Origin: Candidatus Tectimicrobiota bacterium
GTDB taxonomy: Bacteria > JACPUC01
Assembly: GCA_016192455.1 (NCBI GenBank)
Contig: JACPUC010000011.1
Location: 62,001 to 126,000 of the forward strand
Reading direction: 5' to 3'
DNA length: 64,000 bases
Positions 8,853 to 20,909 of this stretch are shown here, piece by piece (within the stretch, counting starts at the first letter, position 1; each line of letters opens with the position of its first letter). The translations under genes were made by a program, and so were the position numbers. Below the pieces are notes generated by a model that was not told where the DNA came from, made no database searches, and worked only from the letters and a program-made list of their open reading frames with translations.

Positions 8853-10031
8853 ATGCCACAGGTAGCGCGAACCAAGCACGCATTTCGTGGATCGCTGGGG
8901 CTGTCGGTACTCCTGCACCTGGCCCTCTTCGGGGGACTTGCTGTCTGGAGCGCCGTCTGGAGCGCGGGGCTGCGGCAAGAAGCCTCCCCTCACCCGGCGC
9001 GCATCTACCACCTGACCCTGAGGGACTGGCGGTTTCTTCCCAGCCCGATTCCCGGCCTGACTCCCGGCGCCGCTGGGAACGTCGAGGAAGAGGGCGAGGG
9101 GGGAGGCGGCGTCGAGGGGCGCGGCAGCGTCAAGGCTGCCGCAGCCCTGCAACCGAGCGAGGGAGGCTCGAATCACCGAGGAGTCGCCGCCGGGTCGATC
9201 TGGCGCGGGACTCCCGCCACGCCGGCTGGAGATCCGGCCGGAAATGGGGGAGAGCCTCGCGACCGCAACGTGTCGCCCCTGGCGCCGGCGTGGGCGGGCG
9301 CCGTGACGCTGCAACGGGCGGTGGCGCCGATGGAATCAGCGGGGCGGCTCGGCGCGCAGGCGGCTCGACCCGCGGCGCGCTTGGCGGCCGGGCGCGTTCA
9401 GGCAAGCGCGCGGCGGGTCGCCGCGACTCCGCCGGCGCCACGCGAAGAGGCTGCGGACGCGGCGCCGCAGGCATCGCCGCGGGCCGGCGCCGTGCCGCCG
9501 GCGGAGCAGGATGGGCGGCGCCCGGGACGCCCGGTGATGGCGCTCTCGGCAAGCCCCGCGCTGCCTGAGACGGCGAGCGGTGCGGAGCGCCGCCGCGTCA
9601 TCGAGGCGCTCGGCCCGCCGGGGATGGGCAGCGGGTTGGCGAACGGCGGCGCCAACGCCGCGCCTGGCCCTGGCGAGCATGCCGGTGAACCATGGGGCAA
9701 TGGGTCCGGACCGGGCACGCCTGGCTTCGGCGGCGCGGCGGGCGGCTCCGGCGGCTTCCTCGTGCAGCCGGACCCCCGCAATGAGAAACCAGCGTATCCC
9801 CTCCTGGCGCGCCGCCAAGGGCTTGAAGGGCGCGTCTGGCTCAGTCTCTTCGTCCGCCCCGAGGGGAGCGTGGGGGGTGTGCGCGTGACGCAGAGTTCCG
9901 GCCACCCGAGCCTCGACCGCGCCGCCGTCACCAGCGCCCACGGCTGGCGCTTCCACTACCGCGAGCAGCTCGCGGGACACCCTGGGGCGTGGGTGACGCT
10001 CCCCATTGATTTTTCCCTCTCCCCAGAGTAG
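8853..10031 (+). CDS. TonB family protein (N-terminal anchor, Pro/Ala/Gly linker, TonB C-terminal domain)
   Basis: 'SVLLH' transmembrane motif and C-terminal 'PAYPLLARRQGLEGRVWL...V...G.V...SSGHPSLDRAA...WRF...PIDFSL'. Confidence 0.85.
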   Translation: MPQVARTKHAFRGSLGLSVLLHLALFGGLAVWSAVWSAGLRQEASPHPARIYHLTLRDWRFLPSPIPGLTPGAAGNVEEEGEGGGGVEGRGSVKAAAALQPSEGGSNHRGVAAGSIWRGTPATPAGDPAGNGGEPRDRNVSPLAPAWAGAVTLQRAVAPMESAGRLGAQAARPAARLAAGRVQASARRVAATPPAPREEAADAAPQASPRAGAVPPAEQDGRRPGRPVMALSASPALPETASGAERRRVIEALGPPGMGSGLANGGANAAPGPGEHAGEPWGNGSGPGTPGFGGAAGGSGGFLVQPDPRNEKPAYPLLARRQGLEGRVWLSLFVRPEGSVGGVRVTQSSGHPSLDRAAVTSAHGWRFHYREQLAGHPGAWVTLPIDFSLSPE

Positions 10032-10271
10032 TTGTTGCGCGCCCGTACCTCTCTCCACCCGCACTCCCCGTCCGCAGCCGCGGGAGGGGTTTCCGCCGGC
10101 GGCCATCCCGGCGCGACGGCCTTGGTTCGCGGCCAGGGGAGAAGGCCTGGCGCCCCGGTCGCGCGCCCGGTCGAGAGGGCGTCGGTCCGCGGCTCATTCT
10201 CGAACACCGCATGGCGATAGGGATCGCCGCGGCTCCAGGTCAAGAGGGCCTGGGATGCCACGGCGGCGCCG

Positions 10272-11597
10272 GTGAGGCTGCTGCTCATGATCGTACTCGT
10301 CTGGGCAGGGTTTCTGGCCTTCACGCTGCTCATGGTCGCGTTTGATCTCGGCGTCACGCAGCGACGGCCGCACGTCATGCGCGTGCGGGAGGCCCTGGCC
10401 TGGACTCTCGTCTGGGTTGCCCTGGCGCTGCTCTTCAACGTCTTCGTCTACTACCTGTACGGGCATAACTGGCTGGGCTGGGCCGACCTCCATGGCCGGC
10501 AGCTCAGCGGCCATCAGGCGGCGGTGCAGTTCTTCACCGGCTACCTGACCGAGAAATCGTTGTCGGTGGACAACCTCGTCGTCATCGCCATGATCTTCAC
10601 CTCCCTGGGAGTTCCCCTCGCCGCGCAGCACCCGGTCCTGGTCTGGGGAATCCTCGGGGCCGTGGTGCTGCGGGGGGTGATGATCCTGGCGGGGGCGGTG
10701 CTTCTGGCGCGCTTCTGGTGGATGGACTACGCCTTCGGGGCGCTGCTCCTGGTGGCCGCCGGCAAGATGCTAAAGGAGGGCGAGAAAGAGATCGACCCCG
10801 GTCGCAACCTCCTCCTGCGGCTGGCGCGGCGGGTTTTTCGCGTCAGCCCCGCGTATGACGGGAACCGCTTCTTCACGCGGGCCGGCGGCGCCTGGGCGAT
10901 GACGCCGCTGCTGCCGGCCTTGCTCCTGGTGGAGGCGAGCGACGTGATGTTCGCCATCGACTCGATCCCCGCCATCTTCGCCATCACGCGCGATCCCTTC
11001 CTGGTCTTCACCTCGAACGTCTTCGCCATTCTCGGGCTGCGGGCGCTCTACTTCGCCCTGGCCGGCCTGATGGAGCGCTTCCGTTACCTGCGGGCCAGCC
11101 TGGTGACCCTGCTGCTGTTCATCGGCATGAAGATGCTCCTCTCCCACGCCTACCCCATTTCCACCCTCGCCTCCCTGGCGATCATCTGCGGCATTCTCGG
11201 CGCCGGGGTGGCGGCGACGCTCGCGCACCGCTGGAACAACGCGGCGCCGGGGCGCCTCTCCGTCAGCCACGCAAGCCGCGGCCTGGCGCGCACCACGTAT
11301 CGCCAGGCGCGGCGGATCGTCGTGCTGGTCATCGGCGGCACGGTGCTGCTGCTGGGTCTCGCCATGCTCATCCTGCCAGGACCGGGGATCGCCACGACCG
11401 TGTTCGGGCTCGCCATCCTGGGCGTCGAGTTCGCCTGGGCGCGGCGCTGGCTCAACCGCCTGCACCGAACCGCGACGAACCTCTCGCCGAGCTGGCTCAA
11501 ACGCCTGCATAGCACCGTGATGAACCTCTCGCCGAGCTGGAGGCGCTGGTGGGGCAAGAAGAAGAGGGAAGACGGCGCTTCCTCGGACAGGACGTGA
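10272..11597 (+). CDS. TerC/Alx-family membrane protein fused to a C-terminal PGPGW-like domain
   Basis: 'GYLTEKSLSVDNL', 'DVMFAIDSIPAIFAITRDPFLVFTSNVFAILGLRALYF', then 'LAMLILPGPG...GLAILGVEFAWARRWL'. Confidence 0.88.
   Translation: MRLLLMIVLVWAGFLAFTLLMVAFDLGVTQRRPHVMRVREALAWTLVWVALALLFNVFVYYLYGHNWLGWADLHGRQLSGHQAAVQFFTGYLTEKSLSVDNLVVIAMIFTSLGVPLAAQHPVLVWGILGAVVLRGVMILAGAVLLARFWWMDYAFGALLLVAAGKMLKEGEKEIDPGRNLLLRLARRVFRVSPAYDGNRFFTRAGGAWAMTPLLPALLLVEASDVMFAIDSIPAIFAITRDPFLVFTSNVFAILGLRALYFALAGLMERFRYLRASLVTLLLFIGMKMLLSHAYPISTLASLAIICGILGAGVAATLAHRWNNAAPGRLSVSHASRGLARTTYRQARRIVVLVIGGTVLLLGLAMLILPGPGIATTVFGLAILGVEFAWARRWLNRLHRTATNLSPSWLKRLHSTVMNLSPSWRRWWGKKKREDGASSDRT
11446..11540 (+). repeat. 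In-frame 45-bp tandem duplication at the TerC C-terminus
   Basis: WLNRLHRTATNLSPS / WLKRLHSTVMNLSPS. gctgg recurs at 11446, 11491 and 11536. Confidence 0.85.
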
Positions 11598-11739
11598 GGC
11601 GCCCGGCCGGTCGCCGCCAGGGCGGGAAGGCACCGCGCGGGGAAGTTCACGAGGGCGTTCTCTGTCAGGCGATTGCGCCCAAATCGAGCACCCCAGGCGT
11701 GGCAAGCGGAAGCGGCGCGCTCGGCACGACGCAATTGGC

Positions 11740-11770
11740 TTGCAGGAGGCCGCGCCAGGTGTGCTATAGT
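11740..11770 (+). promoter_or_regulatory. Probable sigma70-type extended -10 promoter for the acyl-CoA ligase/ABC operon
   Basis: TGcTATAGT at 11762-11770, about 60 bp before the ATG at 11833. Weak TTGCAG upstream. Confidence 0.45.
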
Positions 11771-11832
11771 CCGGGAACATCCAGAAGAGAGAGCCCCAGC
11801 CGCGTCAGCAGGGTCGGGGGGAGAGAGCGCCC

Positions 11833-13677
<1,845 letters not shown>

Positions 13678-13698
13678 GGTCGCGCCGCAAGAGTTCGC

Positions 13699-13717
13699 CG
13701 ACACATCGGATGTGTCG
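13699..13717. promoter_or_regulatory. Perfect 9+1+9 palindrome (possible operator or small hairpin)
   Basis: cgacacatc-g-gatgtgtcg in the ligase-livH intergenic region. Confidence 0.35.
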
Positions 13718-13750
13718 CAGGCCTCATTTCTTCGTCGGGGACCTGTGCTT

Positions 13751-13810
13751 CCTCCCACCCCTCTCTCGCCCGTTCCCTCTCCCAGCAGGAGAGAGGCCAG
13801 GGGTGAGGGG
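13751..13810. repeat. Purine/pyrimidine-tract REP-like hairpin
   Basis: cctcccacccct...ccctctccc-agca-ggagagagg...aggggtgagggg nested inverted repeat. Confidence 0.5.
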
Positions 13811-13863
13811 TGCGCAAGGGGGCGAGGCGAGGAACCGGTTGCCCGTCACCTGGAAGGCTCCGC

Positions 13864-14763
13864 ATGGTCATCGCAGACCTCGGCACCCTGGTGCACGTCA
13901 TCGTCAGCGGCGTCGCGGTGGGGAGCACGTACGCCCTGGTGGCGCTCGGCTTCGTGCTCATCTACAAGGCCAGCGATGTGCTCAACTTCGCCCAGGGCGA
14001 GCTGATGATGGTGGGGGGGTACCTCTGCTTCGCTTACGTGGCCCAGCTCAAGCTCCCCTTCCTGCCCGCCTTCCTCCTCACCCTGGTGACCGCGGCGCTC
14101 GTCGGCATGCTCATCGAGCTCCTCTTCCTGCGCCGCTTGATCGGCGAATCGGTCTTCACGGTCATGATGGTGACCGTCGGCCTCGGGGGCATCCTGAAGA
14201 GCCTCGTCGGCCTCATCTGGGGCGAAGATGACCTGGCCCTCCCCTCGCCCTTCGCCTACAAGACGCTGGCCTGGTCGTTCGCGGGGGGCGAGCTCTACGT
14301 CGCTTACTCGGAGCTCTTCAATATCCTCACCTCGGCGGTGCTCTTCGGGCTCTTCATGCTCTTCTTCAAATTCGCCCGCACCGGCATCGCCATGCGGGCC
14401 ACCGCCGAGGATCAGGACACGGCGTTCCTCATGGGCATCAGCGTGAAGCGCGTCTTCGCGCTGAGCTGGGCCATCGCCTCGGTGGTCGCCGCGGCGAGCG
14501 GCATCTTCTACGCCGAGGAGAGCTACCTGCACGCCCAGATGGGCTTCATCGGGCTGCGGGCCATGCCGGCGGCCATCCTGGGCGGCATCGACAGCATCGC
14601 CGGGGCGATCCTCGGGGGCTTGACGATCGGCATGGTGGAGAGCTTCGCCGGCGCTTACCTGGGGACCGGCGTGCGCGACATCGTGGCCTTCGTCATCCTC
14701 ATCCTCGTCCTCATGGTGCGACCGTATGGGTTCTTCGGCACGCAGCAGCTCCGCCGCGTGTGA
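13864..14763 (+). CDS. livH: HAAT ABC permease, LivH-type
   Basis: 'GSTYALVALGFVLIYKASDVLNFAQG', 'GIAMRATAEDQDTAFLMGI'. ATG at 13864 after GGAAGG. Confidence 0.9.
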   Translation: MVIADLGTLVHVIVSGVAVGSTYALVALGFVLIYKASDVLNFAQGELMMVGGYLCFAYVAQLKLPFLPAFLLTLVTAALVGMLIELLFLRRLIGESVFTVMMVTVGLGGILKSLVGLIWGEDDLALPSPFAYKTLAWSFAGGELYVAYSELFNILTSAVLFGLFMLFFKFARTGIAMRATAEDQDTAFLMGISVKRVFALSWAIASVVAAASGIFYAEESYLHAQMGFIGLRAMPAAILGGIDSIAGAILGGLTIGMVESFAGAYLGTGVRDIVAFVILILVLMVRPYGFFGTQQLRRV

Positions 14764-14854
14764 CCCCGCCAGCCTACTGCGGAACGAGCGCGGCCGCGCT
14801 GCGTGGGGCTGCCGCGTTTCCCGCCACCGGCTGTTGCGAAGTGAAGCGTGAGCC

Positions 14855-15898
14855 ATGGGCCGGACCTTCCACAGCAGCTACGCCGAGGAGATGGCGCTCT
14901 TCCAGAGCGACTGGGCGCGGGCCTGGATGGCGATCTTCCTGGCGCTGCTGCTCGGCGTGCCGGCGCTCCTGGGGCCGTACCTCCTGTCGGTGCTCAACCT
15001 CGCGGGGGTGGCGGTGATCGGCGCCATCGGGCTGAACCTGCTCATCGGCACCACGGGGCAGATTTCCCTGGGGCACGTCGCCTTCATCGCCTGCGGCGGC
15101 TACACCACGGCAATCCTGGCGGAGCGCTTCGGGCTGCCCTTCTGGCTCCTCATCCCGGCCTCGGGCTGCGTGGCGGCGCTCATCGGCCTCGTCGTCGGCG
15201 TGCCCTCGCTGCGCCTGGAGGGGTTCTACCTCGCCATGGCGACGCTGGCGGCGGCCTTCATCATCGAGTACGTCTACGCCCACTGGGAGTCCCTGACGGC
15301 CGGCACCACGGGGATGAAAGTGGCGCGACCGACGCTCGCCGGGGCGCCGCTGGAGTCGAGCCTGGCCTTCTTCTACTTTCAGCTCCCCTGGGTGATCGGC
15401 GCCACCCTCTTCGCCAAGAACCTGACGCGCACCAAGGTGGGGCGCGCCTGGGTGGCCATCCGCGACCGCGACATCTCGGCGGAAACCCTCGGCATCGACC
15501 TCACCCACTACAAGCTTGTCGCCTTCATCGTCAGCGCCTTCTACGGCGGCGTAGCCGGTTCCCTCTACGTCTACTACCTGAAGACGGTCTCCCCGGAGCA
15601 CTTCACCTTCGCGCTGATGATCGAGTACATCGCCATGCTCATCGTCGGCGGCGTCGGCTCGATCCTCGGCTCCATCTTCGGCGCCGTCTTCATCACGCTC
15701 TTGCCCGAGGCCCTGCGCCTGGTGACGGACCTCCTGCGCGATGACTACCCGGTCCTGAGCTTCCGCTTCCTCTACGTGAAGCAAGGCATCTACGGGTTGA
15801 TCATCATCCTCTTCCTGCTCTTCAAGCCGGACGGCTGCTTCGGCTGGTGGCAGGACGTGAAGCGGTACTGGCAGACGTGGCCGTACAAGCACTCGTAG
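14855..15898 (+). CDS. livM: HAAT ABC permease, LivM-type
   Basis: 'GLNLLIGTTGQISLGH', 'LRLEGFYLAMATLA', 'GRAWVAIRDRDISAETLGI'. Confidence 0.9.
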   Translation: MGRTFHSSYAEEMALFQSDWARAWMAIFLALLLGVPALLGPYLLSVLNLAGVAVIGAIGLNLLIGTTGQISLGHVAFIACGGYTTAILAERFGLPFWLLIPASGCVAALIGLVVGVPSLRLEGFYLAMATLAAAFIIEYVYAHWESLTAGTTGMKVARPTLAGAPLESSLAFFYFQLPWVIGATLFAKNLTRTKVGRAWVAIRDRDISAETLGIDLTHYKLVAFIVSAFYGGVAGSLYVYYLKTVSPEHFTFALMIEYIAMLIVGGVGSILGSIFGAVFITLLPEALRLVTDLLRDDYPVLSFRFLYVKQGIYGLIIILFLLFKPDGCFGWWQDVKRYWQTWPYKHS

Positions 15899-16005
15899 GG
15901 GAGTCGTCGGCGCCCGCCGCGGGGGCGTTCCCTCCCCATCCCGGAAGGCTCGCGCGGCCTGCGGGCGTGGTCATCCACATCCTGCTCTTGGGAGGTCTCA
16001 CGACA

Positions 16006-17208
16006 ATGGCACAGCGGTTGAAACAGGCGGCGGTTTTCGTGGGCGTCATCCTGGTTGCCCTGGGGGTAAGCGTGGGGACGACGGCGCAGGCGCAAGTCCG
16101 CGGCGTGACCGACACCGAGGTCACCCTGGGGGTGATCCTCGACTACACCGGCCCGTACAAAAGCGCCGGCGTCCTCATCACCGAAGCCTTCAATGCCTAC
16201 TGGAAAGCCGTCAACGACGCCGGCGGCGTGCACGGGCGGAAGGTGAAGATCATCTACGAAGATAACGGCGCCTCGCCGAAGATGGGGCTGACGGCGGCGA
16301 ACAAGCTCGTGTACAAGGACGGCGTCTTCGGCATCCTCGGCTCCATCGGCAGCGCCGCCACCGTCGTGCTCTTCGACCTCGTCGAGAAGGAAAAGGTGCC
16401 GATGCTGCCGATCGCCTACCCGCGCAAGATGTACGACCCGGTGAAGCGCTACGTCTTCATGGCCTCCGCCCCTTACGCCATCCAGGCGGCGCGCGCCATC
16501 GACTACATCTTCGATGACAAGAAAGACCTCAACGCCAAGGTCGGCATCATCTACCAGGATGACGATTTCGGCGAGGATGCGCGCAACGGGGCGCTGGAGG
16601 CCATGAAAGCCTGGGGCAAGACGCCGGCCGCCCAAGAGGCCTTCCCCCGCGGCACCACCGACTTCCGCTCCGCGGTTCTCAACATGAAACGCGCCGACGT
16701 CGATTACATCATCATCGGCGCGGCGGTGCGCGAGGCGGCGGGGATCGTGCGGGAAGCGAAGCTGACCCGCTTCAAGGGACAGATCATGGGGATCGATCCC
16801 TCCCTCGGGCCGCCGCTCTTCTCCCTGGCGAAAGAGGCGGCGGAGGGCTACCTAGGGGCCAGCTCCTTCGCCACCCTTGGTGAAGACGTGCCCGCCTGGG
16901 GCAACCTGAAGGCGGCCTTGCAGAAGTATGAGAAGAAGACCTTCAACTTCTACCACGTCTTCGGGCTCGCCAACTCGGTGGTCTACCACGAAGGCCTGAA
17001 GCGCGCCGGCCGCAACCTCACCCCCGACACCTTGGTGGCGGCGCTCGAGAGCCTGCGCGACTTCGATAGCGGCGGGGTGCTTCCTCCCGTCACCTTCACG
17101 GCGACGAAGCGCTATGCTTCCAAGGCGGCGAAGATCGTGCGGGCTGACGTGAAGACGCAAGACTTCATCGCGGTTGCGCCCTACCAGGTGCCCAAGGCCA
17201 TGCGTTGA
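16006..17208 (+). CDS. HAAT ABC substrate-binding protein
   Basis: GGAGG RBS and signal peptide, 'RGVTDTEVTLG', 'VNDAGGVHGRKV', 'YQDDDFGED'. Confidence 0.88.
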   Translation: MAQRLKQAAVFVGVILVALGVSVGTTAQAQVRGVTDTEVTLGVILDYTGPYKSAGVLITEAFNAYWKAVNDAGGVHGRKVKIIYEDNGASPKMGLTAANKLVYKDGVFGILGSIGSAATVVLFDLVEKEKVPMLPIAYPRKMYDPVKRYVFMASAPYAIQAARAIDYIFDDKKDLNAKVGIIYQDDDFGEDARNGALEAMKAWGKTPAAQEAFPRGTTDFRSAVLNMKRADVDYIIIGAAVREAAGIVREAKLTRFKGQIMGIDPSLGPPLFSLAKEAAEGYLGASSFATLGEDVPAWGNLKAALQKYEKKTFNFYHVFGLANSVVYHEGLKRAGRNLTPDTLVAALESLRDFDSGGVLPPVTFTATKRYASKAAKIVRADVKTQDFIAVAPYQVPKAMR

Positions 17209-17362
17209 AGAGGCGAATGCAGGGCGACAGGCTGCGCCGCGGCCGGCTGATCCTGGCGCCCGCGGCGGCAGGAGAGGCGATGGCGACGGGCAGGGGATCG
17301 TCCTCCTCTGCCCGCCGCCTCATCCGTCACGCCGTGCGTCGTCAAGCCAGCGAGCCGCAGCC

Positions 17363-18157
17363 ATGCTGAAGGTGACGAACCTGCAGACCGTCTACAACGA
17401 CGTCATCGTGGCCATCAAGGGCGTCTCCCTCGAGGTGCCCGAGGGGAGCATCGTCACCCTCCTCGGCGCCAATGGCACCGGCAAGACGACGCTGCTGCGC
17501 TCCATCTCCGGCGTCTTGAAGTCGATGAAGGCTGAGATCGAGGAGGGGAGCATCACCTTTCTCGGCCAGCAAGTCATCGGCAAGGACCCCGATGAGATCG
17601 TGCGCCTGGGCCTCTGCCAAGTGCCGGAGGGTCGGCGCATCTTCGCGGACCTGACGGTGGCCGAAAACCTGCGCCTGGGGGCCTACCTGCGGCACGACCG
17701 GGCGGGCATCCGCGCCGATCTGCGCAACGTCCTCGACCTCTTTCCCCCCTTGGCGCCGCGCCTGTCGCTGCGGGCCGGCTTCCTGAGCGGCGGGGAGCAA
17801 CAGATGCTGGCGATCGGGCGGGCGCTCATGGCTCGCCCGCGCCTCCTCATGCTCGACGAGCCGTCGCTCGGCCTGGCGCCGATCCTGGTGGAGGAGATTT
17901 TCGCCCGCCTGCGCCGGCTCAATACCGAGCTGGGCCTCACCATCCTGCTCATCGAGCAGAACGCCAACCTGGCGCTGAAGCTGGCGAGCTACGGCTACAT
18001 CATGGAGAACGGCCGCGTGGTCCTCGATGGCCCCAGCCAGAAGCTGTTGGCGAACGAGGACGTGAAGGAGTTCTACCTCGGCCTGACGGAGACCGCGCAG
18101 CGGCGCAGCTACGCCGAGGTGAAGCACTACAAGCGCCGCAAACGCTGGCTGTCGTAA
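17363..18157 (+). CDS. livF: HAAT ABC ATP-binding protein, LivF-type
   Basis: GANGTGKT, VPEGRRIF, LSGGEQQM, DEPSLGLAP. The C-terminal 'YKRRKRWLS' is typical of ligase-associated HAAT systems. Confidence 0.92.
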   Translation: MLKVTNLQTVYNDVIVAIKGVSLEVPEGSIVTLLGANGTGKTTLLRSISGVLKSMKAEIEEGSITFLGQQVIGKDPDEIVRLGLCQVPEGRRIFADLTVAENLRLGAYLRHDRAGIRADLRNVLDLFPPLAPRLSLRAGFLSGGEQQMLAIGRALMARPRLLMLDEPSLGLAPILVEEIFARLRRLNTELGLTILLIEQNANLALKLASYGYIMENGRVVLDGPSQKLLANEDVKEFYLGLTETAQRRSYAEVKHYKRRKRWLS

Positions 18158-18190
18158 CCCGGTCGGCGGGGCGGCGCGGCGACGGCAAGG

Positions 18191-18985
18191 GTGGGCGCGA
18201 CGGTGGGCGAGCAGACGCTCCTGGAAGCTGAGGACCTGCACCTGCACTTCGGCGGCGTGAGCGCCCTGAGCGGCGTGGGGTTCACCCTGGCGCAGGGCGA
18301 GCTGCACGCCATGATCGGCCCGAACGGCGCCGGCAAGACGAGCGTGCTCAACGTCATCAGCGGCATCTACCGGCCGCAGGCGGGACGCCTGCGCTTCGCC
18401 GGGCGCAACCTCCTCGACCTGAAGCCGTACCAGGTCGCCCAGGCCGGCATCGCGCGTTCCTTCCAGAACATCGAGCTCTTCCAGCACATGAGCGTGCTCG
18501 ACAACCTGCTCGTCGGCCGGCATCGCTGGATCAAGGCGGGGGTGCTGGCCTGCGGCCTCTTCCTGGGTCGCGGACGGCGCCAGGAGATCGCCCACCGGCG
18601 GCGGGCCGAGGAGATCATCGACTTCCTGGAGATCGAGCACATCCGTCATGCGCGCGTCGGCAACCTGCCGTACGGCCTGCAGAAGCGCGTCGAGCTGGGT
18701 CGCGCCCTGGCGCTGGAGCCGAAGCTGCTCCTCCTGGACGAGCCGGTGGCCGGCATGAACGTCGAGGAGACCGAGGACATCGCCCGTTTCATCCTCGACA
18801 TCAAGGAGGAGCTTGGCATCACCATCCTGCTCGTCGAACACGACATGCGGCTGGTGATGGACATCTCCGACCGCGTCACCGTCCTCGACTTCGGCAAGAA
18901 GATCGCCGCCGGCACGCCCCAGGAGGTGGCGCGGAACCAGGCCGTCATCGAGGCCTACCTCGGCGAGCCCCACGAAGCGGCCTAA
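18191..18985 (+). CDS. livG: HAAT ABC ATP-binding protein, LivG-type
   Basis: GPNGAGKTS, LPYGLQKRVELGRAL, LLLLDEPVAG, VEHDM. Confidence 0.92.
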   Translation: MGATVGEQTLLEAEDLHLHFGGVSALSGVGFTLAQGELHAMIGPNGAGKTSVLNVISGIYRPQAGRLRFAGRNLLDLKPYQVAQAGIARSFQNIELFQHMSVLDNLLVGRHRWIKAGVLACGLFLGRGRRQEIAHRRRAEEIIDFLEIEHIRHARVGNLPYGLQKRVELGRALALEPKLLLLDEPVAGMNVEETEDIARFILDIKEELGITILLVEHDMRLVMDISDRVTVLDFGKKIAAGTPQEVARNQAVIEAYLGEPHEAA

Positions 18986-19146
18986 CGCCGCCACTCCGCT
19001 CTTCTCCGCCTACCTCCTTCTCGCCGGCGGCGGTGACCTCGAGGCGCCGGGCAGGACGGCGCGGCGGCGCCCTTCGCTGGCCATCCGCGCTCCCCCCGCG
19101 CCTCGATGGGCGCTTCCTCCGGGGCGCGGCGGCATCGCCGTCCTCC

Positions 19147-19920
19147 TCACGCCTGGTACCAGGGCGCCAGCTTGCGCTCGAGGAGGCGCAGGGCCTCGTA
19201 GGTGATCCAGCCCGTGGCCCCAAGGAGGGTGATGCCGAAGAAGGCGAGCGGCGTCTCGAACTCCTGCGAGGCGGCCACGATGAGGTGGCCGATGCCGGCC
19301 GTGGCTCCGAAGAGCTCGCTGACCACGGCCCCCACCAGGGCGCGGCCGACCGCCAGGCGCAGGCCGGTCATGATCAGCGGCAGCGCCCACGGCAGGATCA
19401 CCGCGCGCAGCTCCTGCCGGCGCGTGGCGCCAAGCGAGCGCACCGCTTCGCGCAGGTTCTCCGGGGTGCTCGTGAGGCCCACGTAAGCGTTGAAGAGCGG
19501 CGGAAAGACCGCCCCGATCATGGTGACGACAAGCTTCGACCAGATGCCGACGCCGAACATGATGACGAAGAGCGGCGCCAGGGTGACCACGGGCGCATTG
19601 TAGGCGATCGTCACCCACGGCTGCGCGTAGGGTCGGCTGCGCGGCCAGAGCGCCAGGGCGAAGCCGAGAGCCAGTCCGGCGAGCACGCCCAGCACGTACC
19701 CCAGCACGAACTCCACGCCTGTCGTCCAGAGATGGACGTAAATCCCTCCCTCCTCCTCGAGGAACGCCGTCGCCCGCAGCATCATGCTCGGGCCGGCGAA
19801 GATAAGCGGCTGGTCGAGCAGGCGCGCCATCGCCTCCCAGGCAACGATGCCAACCGCCAGCGAGGCGGCGGCATCGCGGCGGCGCAGGCGGCGCGCTCTG
19901 CCCAGCGCAGGCGTCGACAT
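19147..19920 (-). CDS. NitT/TauT-family ABC permease
   Basis: 'PVVTLAPLFVIMFGVG', EAA loop 'EAVRSLGATRRQ', 'LPWALPLIMTGLRLA'. The ATG at 19920 overlaps the upstream stop. Confidence 0.88.
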   Translation of the reverse strand: MSTPALGRARRLRRRDAAASLAVGIVAWEAMARLLDQPLIFAGPSMMLRATAFLEEEGGIYVHLWTTGVEFVLGYVLGVLAGLALGFALALWPRSRPYAQPWVTIAYNAPVVTLAPLFVIMFGVGIWSKLVVTMIGAVFPPLFNAYVGLTSTPENLREAVRSLGATRRQELRAVILPWALPLIMTGLRLAVGRALVGAVVSELFGATAGIGHLIVAASQEFETPLAFFGITLLGATGWITYEALRLLERKLAPWYQA

Positions 19921-20789
19921 CAACTGGCCTCCAGGCGCTGCGTGTGCCAGGGGGCCAGCCGACGCTGCACGAAGCCCAGGAGCGCGAAGGCGCCGTAGCC
20001 GAAGAGGACGAGGAAGAAGATGGCGAGGTAGATCGGCGCCGGCTGGAAGACCTGGGCGCTGAAGTAGACGAGGTAGCCGAGGCCGGCGTTGGCGCCGTAC
20101 CACTCCGCCACCACCACGCCGATGACGCCGCGACCGACGGCCAGCCGCAAGCCGGTCATGATGGTCGGCAGGGCGGCGGGCAGCAGGACCTTGATGAAGA
20201 GCTGCGGACGCGAGCCGCCCAGCGAGCGGACAACCTCCAGGTAGTTCAACGGCACCTGGGTGACCCCGGTGTAGGTGTTGAGGATGACGGGGAAGACCGC
20301 GCCAAGGAAGACGATAAGCGCTTTCGACCACAGCCCGATGCCGAACCAGACGATGAGGAGCGGCGCCACGGCGACGCGCGGCGTGGAGTAGATGAAGGCG
20401 ATCCAGGGCGTCAGCCAGTTGTTGAGGCGGGCGTTGGCAACCATGAGGGCGCCGACGGGAATTCCCACCGCCACGGCGAGGAGGTAGCCGTTGAGGAACT
20501 CAACGCCGCTGGTGCGCAGGTGCAGCCACAGCTCGCCGCTTGGCGCCAGCAGCAGGAAGGCGCGGACGATCTGCGCCGGCGAGGCGACGAAGATGGAGTG
20601 CTTGATGAAGAGATCGAAGACGAGCTGCCAGAGCACGATGCCGCCCGCGATCGAGGCGCCGCCCTTCAGCGCCTCGCTCCAGGCGCGCCCGAGAGGACGC
20701 CGGCGCGCTCGACGCCTGGACCGCGCGCCACTGCCGGCTGCCAGCGACAGTGGCGCCGGCGCCGGTACGCGGGAGGCATGATCCGGCAT
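19920..20789 (-). CDS. NitT/TauT-family ABC permease
   Basis: 'PRVAVAPLLIVWFGIG', 'LPAALPTIMTGLRLAVGRGVIGVVVAEW'. Confidence 0.88.
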   Translation of the reverse strand: MPDHASRVPAPAPLSLAAGSGARSRRRARRRPLGRAWSEALKGGASIAGGIVLWQLVFDLFIKHSIFVASPAQIVRAFLLLAPSGELWLHLRTSGVEFLNGYLLAVAVGIPVGALMVANARLNNWLTPWIAFIYSTPRVAVAPLLIVWFGIGLWSKALIVFLGAVFPVILNTYTGVTQVPLNYLEVVRSLGGSRPQLFIKVLLPAALPTIMTGLRLAVGRGVIGVVVAEWYGANAGLGYLVYFSAQVFQPAPIYLAIFFLVLFGYGAFALLGFVQRRLAPWHTQRLEAS

Positions 20790-20909
20790 GGCAAGCTCGT
20801 CCCGTTCCTGTGGAGTCTCGGCGCGGGGAGTAGCGCGGCGCCCGCCGGCTGCCTTGGCGGCGCCCCTGCTCCCGAAGCTCCTGTGTCCGCGGGCAGGAGG
20901 GTGTTGCTC

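Noticed and set aside
10032..10271. yybP-ykoY or cobalamin riboswitch between the tonB-like and terC genes
   Set aside because: The conserved core motifs could not be located by eye. An Rfam scan would be decisive.
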